From: Amphiscolops sp. MND2022
Taxonomy: Eukaryota
Assembly: GCA_964187785.1 (NCBI GenBank)
Contig: OZ076409.1
Coordinates: 17,362,001-17,426,000, forward strand
DNA length: 64,000 nt
Direction of reading: 5' to 3'
The notes under the pieces were generated by a model. It was not told the origin of the DNA. It saw only the letters and a program-made list of their open reading frames with translations, and made no database searches. Positions within the stretch are counted from its first letter, which is position 1; each line of letters starts with the position of its first letter. The translations under genes were made by a program, and so were the position numbers. Positions 1-14,170 of the stretch are shown here, piece after piece.

Positions 1-623
1 GTCGATCAGTGATGACACATCTACCTTAATTTGTGTAAAAATCCTAATCACTGACCACGCTGTCCATCGATCAGTGATGCAAATTAAACACAATTAACGA
101 ATACCTGTCTTGATTCACACGAATCTTTACCGAATCGTTCACCACTTTTTCCATTGATGAGTAGATAGAAAAATCAGAAAAATTCAAGTTGAAACTCACT
201 ATAAGTTCTATAAGAGAGAAGATAAATTTACAAGTAACGGTTTCAATTATCCATACATAAAGTAAAGAGGCTCAAATACAACTTGGCCAAAAAATTGGAA
301 GAAAATTTTAAAGCGTAAATATCAAATAGCAAAAACAGCTGAAACGAATTGTTCATAAATACACAATAAAACAAAGTCAAACGCAAAAACTAATATCAAT
401 AAAGCAAAATCAAAATGGAAATGTAAAGCTTCCAATTCTATCTGTAAATTTTATAAATTCATTCTGATAAAGCTGATAAAGCTACTTTGCTACTGATATA
501 CTTGCTGCTGAATGTGAACAGAGTTATAATAGACACTGAGATCCATATAAAATTCTACTCCGTACTAATGTCTGTTCACGTGATGTAATTCAACATATTT
601 ATTTCCTTCCTTTTAGTCAGAGA

Positions 624-884
624 GCTCATTTACCTACTCTGCCTTGCACTTACTCACGCAACTTCCTATCTTCGCACGTACACCGAGGCACTTCCTTTCT
701 AGTATTTCTCAGGCGTAAGCTTTGAGGCTTTCTTACTCATTTCTACTCAATAATTGAATAGTCGCCTGAAAGTACTTTGCAAAATGCTAAGTAAACTGAA
801 CTGACTAATACGGATAACGATCGAACAGTCCTTGAAAAGAGAAAGCCGAAAATAGTAATTTAAAATCTATCCACGCGTGCGACA
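624..884 (-). repeat. Diverged dispersed repeat, copy 1 (LTR-like; minus strand starts TGTCGCACG)
   Basis: Aligns by eye with 5117-5376. Homology stops sharply after GCGACA in both copies. Confidence 0.5.
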
Positions 885-2733
885 GTATCGTAATGAGGAT
901 GCAGTATGGACTTCTTCGCAATGCGATCTACCACTCAAGTGTCTTCGTACCCCCCTGATTGCGTTTTTTTTTAAAAAAAAACACCTAAACATAGGTTATC
1001 AAAACTTACGGACCTGTTTCTTTTAGGTCAAAGGCCTTCGAAATAGCTCAACTCGAGTTGTCGATATACTGCATAGAATTTCTTTCTTTCATTGTTCTTT
1101 GCCCTTTAAACATTCTCACGTTTCATCTTATCTGGGGATGCAGATATCAGTTGTCATATTGACAAATGATAAAAGCGGAACAAGTTTCTTCCTGGCAAAA
1201 ACGATCCTTCCATCACTGTGTTCAATCACGGATTTCAACATTGGAATCGCCCTTATTCCAAACAGCAGCCGACTTCCTTTCCCGCCCACAGGTCGATTTC
1301 AATGAGAATGCGGAACTTACTGATAAAAAGTTGTTTCGAGAAAAAGGAACTGATATCAAAACCGAACAACTAGTTTTTAAAAACGAACACTTCGAAGGTG
1401 ACTTACCAGTTATCTTACTCCAAGTAAATTTTATCCATGTTTTGATAACACTGTAGCAATTGAATAATTTCAAACAAACTGTTCGGGGAGTCAAAAGCAT
1501 AAGGGTAGGGCAGATATTACTCTCACGAAATACGTCCAACGTTAACTGCAGATCAGAGCAAGATTCGAACCGAATATGTTGGACAAGTACCCAGAGCTGA
1601 AGACGTCTGGGACGTCTGAAGATTAGCGAAATGACACAAGAACGGTGAAAAGAAGCTCTGTTGCAAAACGTCTTGAATTGACTTCAAGAAGTACCACTCT
1701 CGAGCATATATGCTTACAACACTGAACAGAAAGAACCGAAGTACTTTCACTATTAAAGAAATAAAAAATGGACTATCTTCCGAAACAAAACCGCGAAACC
1801 GATAAAATGAAGCTTTTGCATTCGAAATATCAAGGACAGCTCAGCATAACATCAGCCGAACTAACAACCGAAAGCAAGCAAAGAACACCCGTTTGGGAAC
1901 TCACTCAATAGTCCTTGCCCATCAGGTAATTCAAGTTGAAATTCCACCAAACCCAAAAACCCCTTAGAACACTTCGGGTAATTAGCATAAGTGCATCAAT
2001 AAAAAGGTGTTCCAGAAAAAGCGAATGAGATACACTTCACACACTCTAGGAGAAAGTCCACACATGAGAAATTTTTACACCGAGTCCTTGATATCGTGAC
2101 GTCTCGATTGGCAAGATGAATCAAAATGACCCATGCTAAAAGACCTCTCCAGGCACCACACAAACAGCAGTAACCAATAGGGTTGTAACTATTCCCGAAA
2201 ACCCTGAACACCTTTACTTCCAAAGTTTTTGGTTGACCCAACATTCCTCTAGACATTGCCTCACTCAATTGTGTCATCTCCTCAATGTAGAATACAAAAG
2301 TCACTGCAGGCAAACAATCCCCTGTACCCACCTCAAAGCGTACCCGACCTAATAAGGTCTTTTTGACCTTCGTATAAATATTGATTCTACCCGACCCTTC
2401 CGACATTACTACTGGAAACTGACCTCTCCCTACACTTCCCAGAAAAAGACTGCGAATGCTAGGTGCGACTGTTAAGGGGTTATTTGGTGCAAATTAATAT
2501 TTTGATTATTTACTTTTGGTTACTGTGGGGTATATCTTGTGAAAAGGAAAACTTCATTGCTTTTAGAAAAGAACTTCTATTATTATAATTATCTTGATAA
2601 GAAATAGAATGAAAGCAACAAAATAAATTATAAATTACTAAAATAATTTTGGGCAAATGATGAAAATCAGCATCTGTTCTGTAGTAGAAAAATTCTGTTT
2701 ACTGAGCAAATTAAGTAAGTTCCCGTTCACTGT

Positions 2734-3287
2734 AAACAAGACGGGAACGTCAAGAGTCGGCGCTATATCTAAGCCTCAAAAAGCGCAGTTTTTAATCCTG
2801 TAAAAGCGGGGACCCTTTGGGCTTTTTGAAAATCCAGTTTGTTGCAAAATATCAAAGGAGACCCTTTGGAGACAAAAAAATGTCGAATTTTTTTTGATTT
2901 TCGAAAAAAAAACGAAAAATGAGAATTTTGAACAGTCTTATAGTGCCGAAATACATTAATGGGAAGACACTTTGGGCTGTTTGGCACTTTAGTTTGCTGC
3001 AAAATATCAAAAGAAACTTGAAGGTGGGACCCTTTGAAGTTTAAAAAATTGAAATAGTCGCACAGTGCCGAAAAAATCCAAGTTGAAAACACCAAGGCAG
3101 CCAAAGTTTGGATCTTTAGTTTGCTTTCTAGGTTCTGAACGTCGGCTTTATAAATTTGATGAGGTTTTGAGGTTTCCGGTATGTTTTGGTCAAGTTGAAC
3201 AAATGAACAAAAAAGTGTCCACTACGTGTCTAGAAAAACTACCCACTGTAATGGCGGGCACATTTTCTAAAATGCGCCGACCAAAAA
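2734..3287 (-). mobile_element. HINE/DINE-1-like non-autonomous Helentron, family A
   Basis: Ends AAACAAGACGGGAACGTC..AGTCGGCGC and GCGCCGACCAAAAA, with internal AAAGGGACCC-type subrepeats. Confidence 0.7.
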
Positions 3288-3299
3288 CGAGACGAGGAG

Positions 3300-4310
3300 G
3301 AAAGTGATGATTATTGTCTAGGTACCAGATAACAAATATGTTTGGGAAATATGTTGAGTAACTGTGAGCGATTAAATGTATAAATGTATATGACTAAAGG
3401 AAACAAAATGAAATGAAAAATGCATAGCATAGCACTTTTATAGCATAGCAACGGCGCCTTGATAAAGAAAAAAGAGCAAAAAGTTTTATAGGTTAGCAAC
3501 GTCGCCTGATAGAATGATGAACAATCCATTAAAAGAATGATTCATAGTATAGGCTGTTTTGCAAAAGTGCCTAGTAATTTCCTGTCTTGCACAAATGCTT
3601 TGTCACATTACTCCCGGAAGTGAAGGTTTGCGTCCCGCAAATGATCTGTTCACAGATCTATAAGCTCGCGTAGAGACCTCAAAAGTGGATCGCACCTACG
3701 ACAGGTACGTAGTTCCTGCTCGCGTCGGTGGACGCCGGCCAGGTCGCAACAGCGATATACTTCAAGCAGTTCGTTGTTGAGTAGGATGCGCTTCGTTTGT
3801 GTTACCAGAGGCACGTATTTGCTGAGTGCTTGTGGGACTGAGGGGTTTTGTCGGGGTGTAACAGATGTAACAGCGACTTCACTTGGTCATTTATGATGTC
3901 ACAGGGTGCTCACGGGAAATTATATTTACACTGGCTTCAGCCGTTGTTGGACTTGAGGAGGGGGCACCTTTCTCAATTTCGAGAAACGAATTCAGCTCCA
4001 TGGCTACCATTGCTAAGGCCAGAGCATCGTCCGCAGTAGCTGGTTTCGACTTGCGTAGCTCCCAGCGAAGGGTGGAATCGACGAAGCTGGTCAAAACTTT
4101 TTTAGATTAGGTGGGGAAAGGCGCGATAAGCTCGACGAGCCAGAGTGCGAATGTCTCATAGGAAGGCCGAAATATGTTGATTCGGTTGTTGGCGGGCTGC
4201 TTTCAATGGAGCCTTAAGGATATCGACGTTGGTGGTGTAATTTTGCCGGAAGGCATCAACCAGCATAGTGAAATCAGTTTGTTGGGCGGCAGACAGCGTA
4301 CTATAAAAGT
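3300..4310 (-). pseudogene. Decayed LTR-retrotransposon relic (gag fragment, putative PPT and LTR start)
   Basis: Minus strand reads FYSTLSAAQQTDFTMLVDAFRQNYTT..KAARQQPNQHISAFL*DIRTLARRAY..DSTLRWELRKSKPATADDALALAM (gag-like). GGGAGTAA|TGTGACA near 3601-3615 resembles a PPT followed by an LTR start. Confidence 0.5.
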
Positions 4311-5116
4311 GCAACTTTATATACTGCGGCGATTTAAATTTTAAGCAAAGCTGTGATTTGTTGCATGCAAATCATGGCAGCCATGCACCCTCGCAGATTT
4401 GCTTGACTGTTTTTATACGGCCAACGCGGGCTGAAGATTCATTCCTCCCGCAAAACTGGCAGAGCTTCAACTTCAAAAAGCTTTCTTCCTCCTTCACTTC
4501 ACTTTCTCTTCATTTGCTCCAACTCTCCCTCTTCTCTTTTCTTCCTTTTTGAGTTATTTCTCCTTTGGACTTGAGAAAGTCTATCTTATTCTCTCTCTTC
4601 TCTTGCTTTGGCTTTCTTCTCAGCAATTTTCTCTTGTCCCAAAATTTGCTAAGTTACACTCCTCTCATCTGAATTTTCTATCTTCGAAGGTTGTTCAAGT
4701 TCTATCTTGGAATATTTCCTCTGATATTAAAAAAGGATATTATGTTGATGTTTGTCCTTTATTTTCATTTTATTTTCTAGATTCAATCAATTGAAAGTCA
4801 AAAAAAAAACTATTCAAGTCTGACTGAATGGTGACACTAAAACTGAGTGTGCTGTCTGTTAATACAGCTTTTAATCTAATATCTGTAATTTCCGAGAGTA
4901 AATGGAACGTTCCATGAATTTTTGTCTATTGTAAATCTTCCTACGTAACTATTTAAATTGAAGTCTACGTTGTTTGTAATTTCTGCAGAAATTTGTTGCA
5001 AGACTAAATCGTGGAGATATGGAATATGTAGTTTTACCTACAAAAAAGTGTTCAGTCCCAATATAAGCTTTTTAATTATTGAACGTATTTGCTCATGCCT
5101 TTTTTGTATACGAACG

Positions 5117-5376
5117 GCTCATTTACTCGCACTGCCTTGCACTTACTCACGCAATCGCCTTTGTTTGCTCGTACACGCAGGGCACTTCCTTTTCAGTATA
5201 ACACGGAGTAATGTATTGAGACTTTCTTACTTCTAGTCAATGATAGAATGGTCGCGTGAAAGTACCTTACAAAATGCAAAAGCAGCTGAGCTGACTGATA
5301 ATCATAAGAGTAGAACAGTCCCTTAAAAAAGAGAGAACAGAAAATAATAATTTAAAGTTTATCCATGCGTGCGACA
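5117..5376 (-). repeat. Diverged dispersed repeat, copy 2 (LTR-like)
   Basis: Homologous to 624-884. Confidence 0.5.
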
Positions 5377-7028
5377 ATATTCCATGCCAAAACTATCTAA
5401 AATTGGATATACACAAGCATAATTGGAATATTTAGTCTCGTTTGTATATAGTAGGCTAACACGATGCAACGTGTCAAAGATTGGATGTACGTAATCTTAT
5501 ATGGGAGATATGCTGTCTGTCTTTCGACATATAGTGATATACTGCACGCCAAAACTCTCAGACTCGATATACGTGAGCAAATAGAGGATATATGCAGTCA
5601 ATTTCTCAGTATACAGTAGCATACTACATGTCAAAACCGTCTCAGATTTGATATTAGTAAGCATATGCAGGGTAAATGCATTCTCTTTCACTAGACAGCA
5701 GCATACTGTAGCTCAAAATCGTCTACGATCGATTTGTTTTGACTGTTTCCACATTGTTGGAGTGAGTCAGCCTGGCACTTAGACGTCGCGGCACTTAGAC
5801 TTTCGCCGGATTTCGACATTCAACATAAGTCCAACACACCATAATGGTGGCCTGAGCTGAAAACAAAATAATTGGTGCGAAGAAACAAATTCGGTATAGA
5901 AATACTTCGCTATAAACAAACCGAACAAAGTTGCAAAAACACTCAAATATAACATTTTCGAAGTTTGATTTTTTTTTCATTTTAGACTTTTGAGCAACTT
6001 ATTTCGCAAAATTTCGATTTTGTTTCGTCCTTCTTCCTGATCAAATTGTTGGGCAAAATAGTAATCCAATACATCAATTGAGAATAGGTTGTTCATTGTA
6101 ACATGCATAGTGCAAAATCTTATACTTCTGAGAAATCAAGTTCGTTATAATAGGAAATTCGTTTTAGGCGGATTCGTTATAAGCGGGCTCACCTGTATCA
6201 GCATTCTCAAATGATAATTGGATTACTTCTTTATTTCTTTATACCATATACCTTCAAGTTTTTGACAGTTATTTTCGCAATGCATACGAAACATTCAAAA
6301 TAAAACACTTACTTCAAATGAAAGAACAAATCTTAGTTTAGTTGTCGGCCGCGTTCGTGGCAGTCATTCAGTTCCTGTTTCGGACCAAATTTGTTTTTTA
6401 ATGCCTTAAACGCTGCTATAGAGCTTGTGGTAATACCAAAATGAGCTTACAGTGCAAAAGAATCAAAACATTTCCAGCTTTCCGTTGTGGATTTGTAAGC
6501 CATCAACTGCGGTCCCGGAGGTCGTGGGTTTGAGCCCCGGCATCACCCAAAATAGTTTTATTCAGGATCTGATACCGTTCCGCAGTAAAACATACATAGC
6601 AACTACTTACTATAGTCCAACTTTTTGTGACTCGTGATGTTTCAGTGTTCAGGTATTTTGTACCTGATAGCTTTGAGAAATACGGTACAAAGGGTCGCAA
6701 TTAGGAGTTAACACGAAGTTCGTGATTTTCAATAGATCGATGGCGCTTTTTCCGTGCACCTAATAGACTCACTGCAAATGCTTTTGATTACCCAGCATCA
6801 GACTCATCTCAAATTCAATATCTGTAGGGAGTCCCCTGCAATTTTCAATGAAATATGCAATCAAAGTTAGTTCCCGGTTCCTTTTAGTGGTGCTTCATAT
6901 CCTCCGATGTGATTTAAAGTGTAATAGTAAATAATTCTGTAGAAAATATCTACCTCCTGGGTTTTGGCATTGCTCAGTCATTATGGAAATTGTTCCATCT
7001 ATCGAAGCCATGTGTTAAAATTTTAGTA

Positions 7029-7205
7029 CAGTGGAGCCCGGATGTAATCATTGTCAGCGGAACGACTAGCTGTGTTTCTTAAAATCGAACTTTCTTGTAT
7101 GCGGCTTTTTAGAAGAAATTAAATAGGCAGTCGAGGCCAAGATACGCATTGACTAAATCAAACGGGCTTTTCTTATAACCGGACTTCTTATATCCGGATC
7201 CACTG
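7029..7205. mobile_element. pogo/Tigger-type MITE
   Basis: TA|CAGTGGAGCCCGGAT ... ATCCGGATCCACTG|TA. TIR resembles the Tigger-like element at 47367. Confidence 0.75.
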
Positions 7206-8146
7206 TACTACTCTTCTACTCAAAAGTGGAACATTTTGATTGTTGGACAATCAATCGATAACCAAAACCGATATTGGAACCTCTAGAAATTCATCCCAAA
7301 CAATTTTAGTCGATCTACTGAATTAATTGCAATGTCAAAAAGCCTTCCTACCTCCCACCTGTTGATTGGCTGGGTCACACAATTGGCCACCACTCGTTAG
7401 ATTCACTAGTTTAGTGTCTTTGTATATGTGACTGCCTGAAAGTTTATATGACGCCATTTCTAGATTTAGTACAAATATGGGTGATTTAATAAAAATTCGA
7501 TTTGATCGAATAGCTTGTTTACTGACAGCTCGGCCGAAGACGTTATTAGACTGGGAAAAGTAAACTTTGATCAAGGTTTTTATTATAATCCATGGCTTCC
7601 TTCGTCAATTCTGAAATGATATTGCGATGAAATTCAATCGTTTCTTAAATTCTAATAGTTTCATCTGTTAAACTTTCAACATTTAAAACATAGCAGATTA
7701 CTGCATATTTTGAGGTCTTACCATTGAAAGCCATCTGTTTTCTAGGTACAAGATGAACATTTTTTCCGGTAGAAAAATCAATATAACTTTTATAAAAATG
7801 CTAAATTTTTTTAAAAAATAGTAGACTTTTATGAACAAATTTCAGCTACAAAACAGTTATTGAGAAGATGCTGAAACTTAGTTAACAACAACATCCAGTA
7901 GGAAAAACGGCTCCAAGAACTTCGTGGAAAAATTTCAGCGTTTAGCAGTACAAAGTTCAGAAGAGTACCTACATTTTTTAATCTTAATGATTATTGTCTC
8001 TTGAACAAAAGACATCTCATCTCGTACTTATTAAGTACTGATAAAATTAATGTAGAAATGTCAAGTACCGTCTTTTTTCAGACTGCCAACTGATGACGTT
8101 AAAATGACGTCACCATGGTTTCCAGCTCATCCATAATCTAGACACC

Positions 8147-8537
8147 ATGGAATATTTATTCACTCGAAGTTTTCCAACAGTCTGCTATCTCTGTAAGAAA
8201 CCTCTGCTACTTAAACAACAGACAACCCGGCACCTTAATTCTGTTTCCTTCATTCACAGTTTGAGTTTCTCGGACCTGATCCCAAAATTCCAGTTGCTGA
8301 GATTGCGTCACTCTAAAAGACTAATATTTCAACTGAACAGAAGTCGGAGTCATAATGCAGTTTCTGGAGCCATTTCGAAGTCGAAAATTGGAGAAAGGTC
8401 AAAAGAAAGTTCCAGTGGGGGGTTTCACGAGGAAAGCGTAACCAAAAGTGATATTGCATTAGATCGAGGCGAAGATATTGTCCAGTACTCGAAAACTGTC
8501 ATTGAACAGACGCACGATTTTGCAGATTCCAAAAATG
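8147..8537 (+). CDS. COX10: COX10 exon 1 (putative mitochondrial presequence / N-terminal extension)
   Basis: ATG in CACCATGG context and a basic, Ser/Leu-rich N-terminus. Donor G|GTCAGT at 8538 is phase 1, matching exon 2. The sequence is not itself conserved, so the link is inferred. Confidence 0.6.
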
Positions 8538-10245
8538 GTCAGTGTTGGTTTTGTTTTTCTCTACTACAAAAGGGTACCAAAAAGCTTAAGACACTGTTTT
8601 GCTAACAAAAATTGCTAATCGCAATAAATTTCTACAAACAATTGACACAAAAGTTCCAGGCGCAAATTTTTCTCAGAATTAGAGGGTATTTTTGGTTTTG
8701 AAATCAAACAAAAATTACAAAAGTTTGAACACGTAGCTCTATGTTGGTTTTTGACGTTTTAATGAAATTTATCATGCAATATCTGATGTTCGTAGTAAAA
8801 ATGCTCGCTACATTTCCGCATACAAATGCCCACATGCTTTTTCTGAAAACGCGTTCCTTAAGATTTTAAACCACGAAAATGGTCAGGAAATGTGAATTCT
8901 AAAACTTTTGTTTCGACGGAATTGCGACTGTTTTTGGCTGCTCAATTTCCAAGAAACTTTTTTCAGAAAAAGTGGTAAATATAAAAGTTGAAGAACTGTG
9001 GCAAGGCTACAAAAATGATCAAGTTCTCATCAGTAGTTTTTTAGATATTGTGTGATAAATTTCAAACATTTCCAAAGTTCCCGGAATTACACTGTGATAA
9101 GCATTTTTCTCTAAACATCTCAAATTTTTGGCTTCAACCAAAATTTAGATATAAGTAGCTTGGGATTTTTTGAGTGAAGCCCATTTTCCCGTTTTGTTGA
9201 GAAATAATGCTCCAAAACTGAATGCATGAAAGCCGAATTTTGACAAACTTCAAAAGCATTTTTTCACTCCATCTCTGACAGTAGTCCCAATCAAAAAACA
9301 TACTTGAATTGATTTAATTTCAGTCGATTTTTGAAAGTTTGTTTTCTTTAGCAACAGTTGATTGAAAATAGTGAAAGCATAACTTTTGTACGAGTACAAA
9401 CATTCGAATTTTTTGTCGAAATTGCTGCGAAATTATAGTCGCTGAAAAAAGCAAAACTTCCTTTTGAGAACAACTTCTGGCTACCTGTCCATTTTTTGGT
9501 GATCAATTGTCAAGAAAACAAGTCCATTTTGATGTCTTTTTTCTTAAGAATATCAAGATTTTTCTACAAATGGAAAAAGTTGCATCTTCTGCATAGCAGA
9601 TACGTTTTAAGAAACCTTCTACAACAAAATCAGCCACGGAATCTTTTCGGGCAACATAAGAGTGCTTTGTAAACAAAATACAGAATTTAATTGAATTTTT
9701 CATTCAAGTTTGTGATTTTTTTCTTTGAAATAATCACTGTTCTGAAGTAATAGTGGCATGCGCTGTCATAAGGAAACACTGTTCATAAATTGGAATTTTA
9801 TCATCTTCGCTTTGCCAATTTTTGTATGACGTTTTTAAATATTTTGCTCATTTGACTTATTGCTGTCAGTCACAGACTATCAAATGACTGGTAAGAAATA
9901 CTACTCCGCCAAAATTCGTCACAAAATGGCTAAAATGCATCTTGACGTTCAAGATCTTCCTGATGACTTCAGTTATTAGTTTCAGAGCTTTTAAAAGTAA
10001 TGGGCTAATCAAAATACTTATTACTCTACAGATTATACTACGCAATAGCCAGACAATATCAAAGCTCTTTCCTTAACTTTCCTTGTTATCTTATCTCATG
10101 ATGAGTCGAAATGGCACAAGGAAATTCCATTATCTGTAGCGCTCTTGAACACAGTATAATACAGCAATGAATCAATCCACGAGATGAAAAGCTTTCATCT
10201 GCTGTGAAACGCCGTTTTCGTTCATTATTGCGGCATATGATATAC

Positions 10246-10839
10246 AAACAAGACGGGAACGTCTCAAGTCGGCGCCCCGCTTAAGGCTCAAAAGGTTAAT
10301 TAAAAATGCGCAAGCAAATGGTTAAGCAAATACTCTCATACTTTAAGAGAGCAAAAAATTCATAAGGGCACCCTGAGCCTTGAAAAGCGCTTTTCTCTGA
10401 CTGAACTCATCCAAAATTACAAATTTAGTGGAAAAAAATTGTTAGTTTTTTCCTGAAAAAAAGGAACAAAGTGTCAAAAAAACTCAAAAATAGGGCCCTT
10501 TAGGCCCGGTAAACGACTTTTCCAACGTTAAAACAATGCGAAAACCCAAGGAGGCCCTTTTGTCAAAAGGGGTTTTTTCGAAAAGTTGCACATTACGGAA
10601 ACATTTCAACCGGGTGACTGTTCGCTGCTTTTTTAGCCTTGTTAATGCCTTCTAGTTTGTCTGCCTAGATATGAAATGGTCCTAGATACGTTTAAGACTG
10701 GCTCAACGATGATATGAAGTCACTGAAGAAGATTGACAAATTGAACAAAAAAGTGAACCATTCAGTGTGGCCGTTGACAAAAACCTTGCCTGTGTAAGGT
10801 TCGGGCACTTCTTGTATTTCAGAAAACGCCGCCTAAAAA
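10246..10839 (-). mobile_element. HINE-like family A copy (diverged)
   Basis: AAACAAGACGGGAACGTCTCAAGTCGGCGC ... AAAACGCCGCCTAAAAA. Confidence 0.65.
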
Positions 10840-11034
10840 GCTTTCCTAGGTGAAACTTGGAACAGGAGATGCGGTAGCACTGTGCTATATCTCCATGCTG
10901 GCACGAAACGCTTTCTACATGAGCATGCTAATTTGAGCCAAAAGTTGTCAAAAAAGTCAGTGAAAATGAATTTTGAATAGGCGCTTCAGCATGACACTCA
11001 AAAATGGTTCCCACTAGTGAATTGTCGTGCATAA

Positions 11035-11513
11035 AGGAAGGAGTACCAAGTACACGAGTATTAGCAATACATTAATATAGAAAACAAATTCAAGGAAGCA
11101 CGTCGGAAAAATCGATCAGTGCCTGTGTCACAAAAATGGGCGTATTCGCAGTTGACAAAAATTTCCTCGGAGACAAATTGCAATTGCATTCGCGAACCTT
11201 GTTTGTAGAGTTTTTCGTTGTTAGGACCCCGAGCACCCCATAAGTCGCCTGTGTCTCTATTGGAAGTTTCCTAAGTTTATCTTGAAATCAACAAAACTAT
11301 TACATTACTATTACAAAACTATTCTATTCAGGACTCGTTCTGGGTTAATTAACCTCATTCACAGTGATTTAGAATTAACCCTAATGAACCTAGTGGTGCT
11401 TTAAAACTGCCTACCTTTTCTCCAATTTCTGATTCCTTTTGCCAGTAGCCCATTTTCTCTAGCACAGTTTTTTTCTACAAGTAATTGGTATCTAGTTGAT
11501 TTCAATGGCACAA
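11035..11513 (+). repeat. Local duplication copy 1 (empty site for the HINE at 14171)
   Basis: Near-identical to 13991-14940 once the 14171-14639 insert is removed. Confidence 0.9.
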
Positions 11514-12419
11514 TACGATCACCTTCGAGGATCAGCGAAATGATTTTTGCACATCCCTTATGAAATACCGCGGTATCTCATTACACTAGTTCACATGTTA
11601 CTGGAAATCAAACGAAATAGCCAAAAAGATTCTTTTAATAAAAATGAGATACCAGAGTTTTCAATGCTTGAAAGACACAAATGCTATGTGTTATCTTGTG
11701 ATTAGCAGTGTACCACCGTGGACTTTCCAACGAAGACAATATACCTTTCTGGAGCACCGAAATGATTTTTGCACATCCCTTATGAAATAAAGGTATCTCA
11801 TTACACTAGTGCACATGTTCCTGGAAATCAAACGGAATAGCCAAAAAGTCACTGAAGAAGATTGACAATTTGAACAAACAAGACGCCCGCTGAGCAGCGA
11901 GATATTTTCCGCCTCAAACTGTTCTACAACTATATAAATTTGAGGCTCAAGAATAGCCAAAGCACTCTGAAAAAAAGTTCGAACAAAAAAGCTTTGATTC
12001 ATCTTGGTCCATTTTTAGAGGCAACACCTAATTTACTTTTTCTGAAACAGCTGCCCACTTTTTGTATTTTCGGCACTATGGACTTACCACGTAAAGAGAA
12101 ACTTTTGGCGACAATTTTCGAAAAACATTCCACAAATTTTAGTTTTTGAGGTTTTGGTGGTGACCTCTGTTACTTTTGATACTTTGGAACTGATGAGTTT
12201 TTTGATGGTTGTGGAAAATACCTTTCATTTTTGTTTTTGGGTCATTCCCATGTTTTCTTCCTACGTGGGAGCCTGCAAAAACTTTCCCTTTGAAGGTTTA
12301 CTGCATATCTAGTGATTTCGCTTGGAGCTTTTTGAAATTAAATGTTTCAGAAATAAGGTCGAAAATAAATTTACGTTTTCAGATACATTTTTCAAAAATT
12401 GTGCACAAAAACTTGTCTG

Positions 12420-13830
12420 ATATCATACCGAAACACTACCGGCAGCTACACGTTTCAATCCTGGGCCTATGGGTTTCCTGATGGACGTAAAGTTTCGGAA
12501 AGGTTCCAAAATTGTTACTTGGTTGTCGAAAATTGAGAAATTTCGGAAATTCTGACACCTTTGTTGTAAACTCGAAGAACTTCATCGTACTTTCTTTCCC
12601 GAATTGCGTTTTCAATACCCTTTTGTTTCAACGTTCAGGTAAATTGACTTTCTGTTCCACAAAACGTTTGTGGTTGAACAAAAATTTGGATTGATTCGTC
12701 AAAAAACGTGTTTTTTGTCATTTGTTGGATTTTGGGGTGTTTTTGAGGCCAATTCCAAAAACATTGCAGTTATATCTACAAAAAGCCTACTGGATACCGG
12801 GATTGGTCATTACTGAGTTTTATAAACCTCTTTATGCAAGGAAGTAGCTTGAAAGTTGTACAAAAAAGTGCATAAAATGTTTTAAAAAATTTAAAAGTTT
12901 TTGCATTATTTGGGTCATTCTGAGGAAACTTTCTGGCATAAAATATGCAAATTTCTCTTTCAAAAACTCCTGCGAACCTAATTTTATCATATTAAACTTT
13001 TGGAAGCTTTTATCTTTATAATTTTCTAATGTCAAAAATTTCTAGTCTCAAATAGAAATTCACTGGAAATGTCAGAAATAAGCAAAATTTCGACTTTTTG
13101 CGGTCATTTTTAACCATTTTCCAACCGAAGTCTGCAAATTCTTCCTCAAGAGCCTACTGGATTATGAGTTCAATCATTGTTGAAAGTTTGCCAACATTCT
13201 GACTCCAAAACTATTCAAAAAGTACATGTATGTTGCATAAAAACGAGATGTTGAACTCTTTCCATTTTTCGACTCATATGGAGTCATTCTGGAGTGTTTT
13301 TGAAGCAAAATGCTGCAACGTACTCTTCAAATATTGTAATGCATAGCTCTCGGTTTTTTCGTTTTGACTGTTCTAGAATTTATAACGAAAGCTCTCGGAA
13401 AATGTACAAAAAGTGCATCAAAACGACAAAAACTTCAAAGTTATCGACATTTTCTGAGTCAATTTGAGGCATTTTCTATTACAAATTGTATGTATCTCTC
13501 AACGAAAGCTCACTGAAACAAGGAGTGCTTCCATTGTGTAGGGGTTTCAACATTCTAGTCTACGAAGTCTGTCGAAAATTTGACAAAAATTGAAAACTTT
13601 GAAAATTGTTAAATTTTACGTTTTGTCATTTTCGGTTTCAATTTGAGATATTTTTCAAATTCCAATCCACGAAGTCTGTCATAAATTTCACAAAAACTGC
13701 ATAAAATGTTAAAAATCTAAAATTTATGGAATTTTTGTCTTTTTCGGGGTCATTTTGGGTCATTATGGGGTCATTTTTGTCATTCCCAAAAAAAGTCCAA
13801 AAATCTCTACAAATACATATTGGACGAAGC
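12420..13830. repeat. Highly diverged ~180-bp tandem repeat
   Basis: Recurrent motifs (AAAGCCTACTGGAT-like at ~12782, ~13150, ~13505; GTGCATAAAA; GGGTCATT) spaced at multiples of ~180 bp. Boundaries are approximate. Confidence 0.45.
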
Positions 13831-14170
13831 TAATTTTACGTGAGTTCAATTCTATGGGTAACTCCCTTTAAGGTGAATATAAATTTCGTGCTTGGCAAAT
13901 TTTGTAAAAAATACCCCATTTGATTTGAATATTTTCCTATCCCATATGAAATATGGGCGGAAAATGAAATGTGAACTATTCAGTGTGGCTAGGAGGGAGT
14001 ACCAAGTACACGAGTATTAGCAATACATTTATATACAAACACATTCACGGAAGCGCGTCGGAAAAATCGATCACTGCCTGTGTCACAAAAATGGGCGTAT
14101 TCGCAGTTGACGAAAATTTGCTCGGAGACAAATTGCAACTGCATTCGCAAACCCTGTTTGTAGAGTTTTT

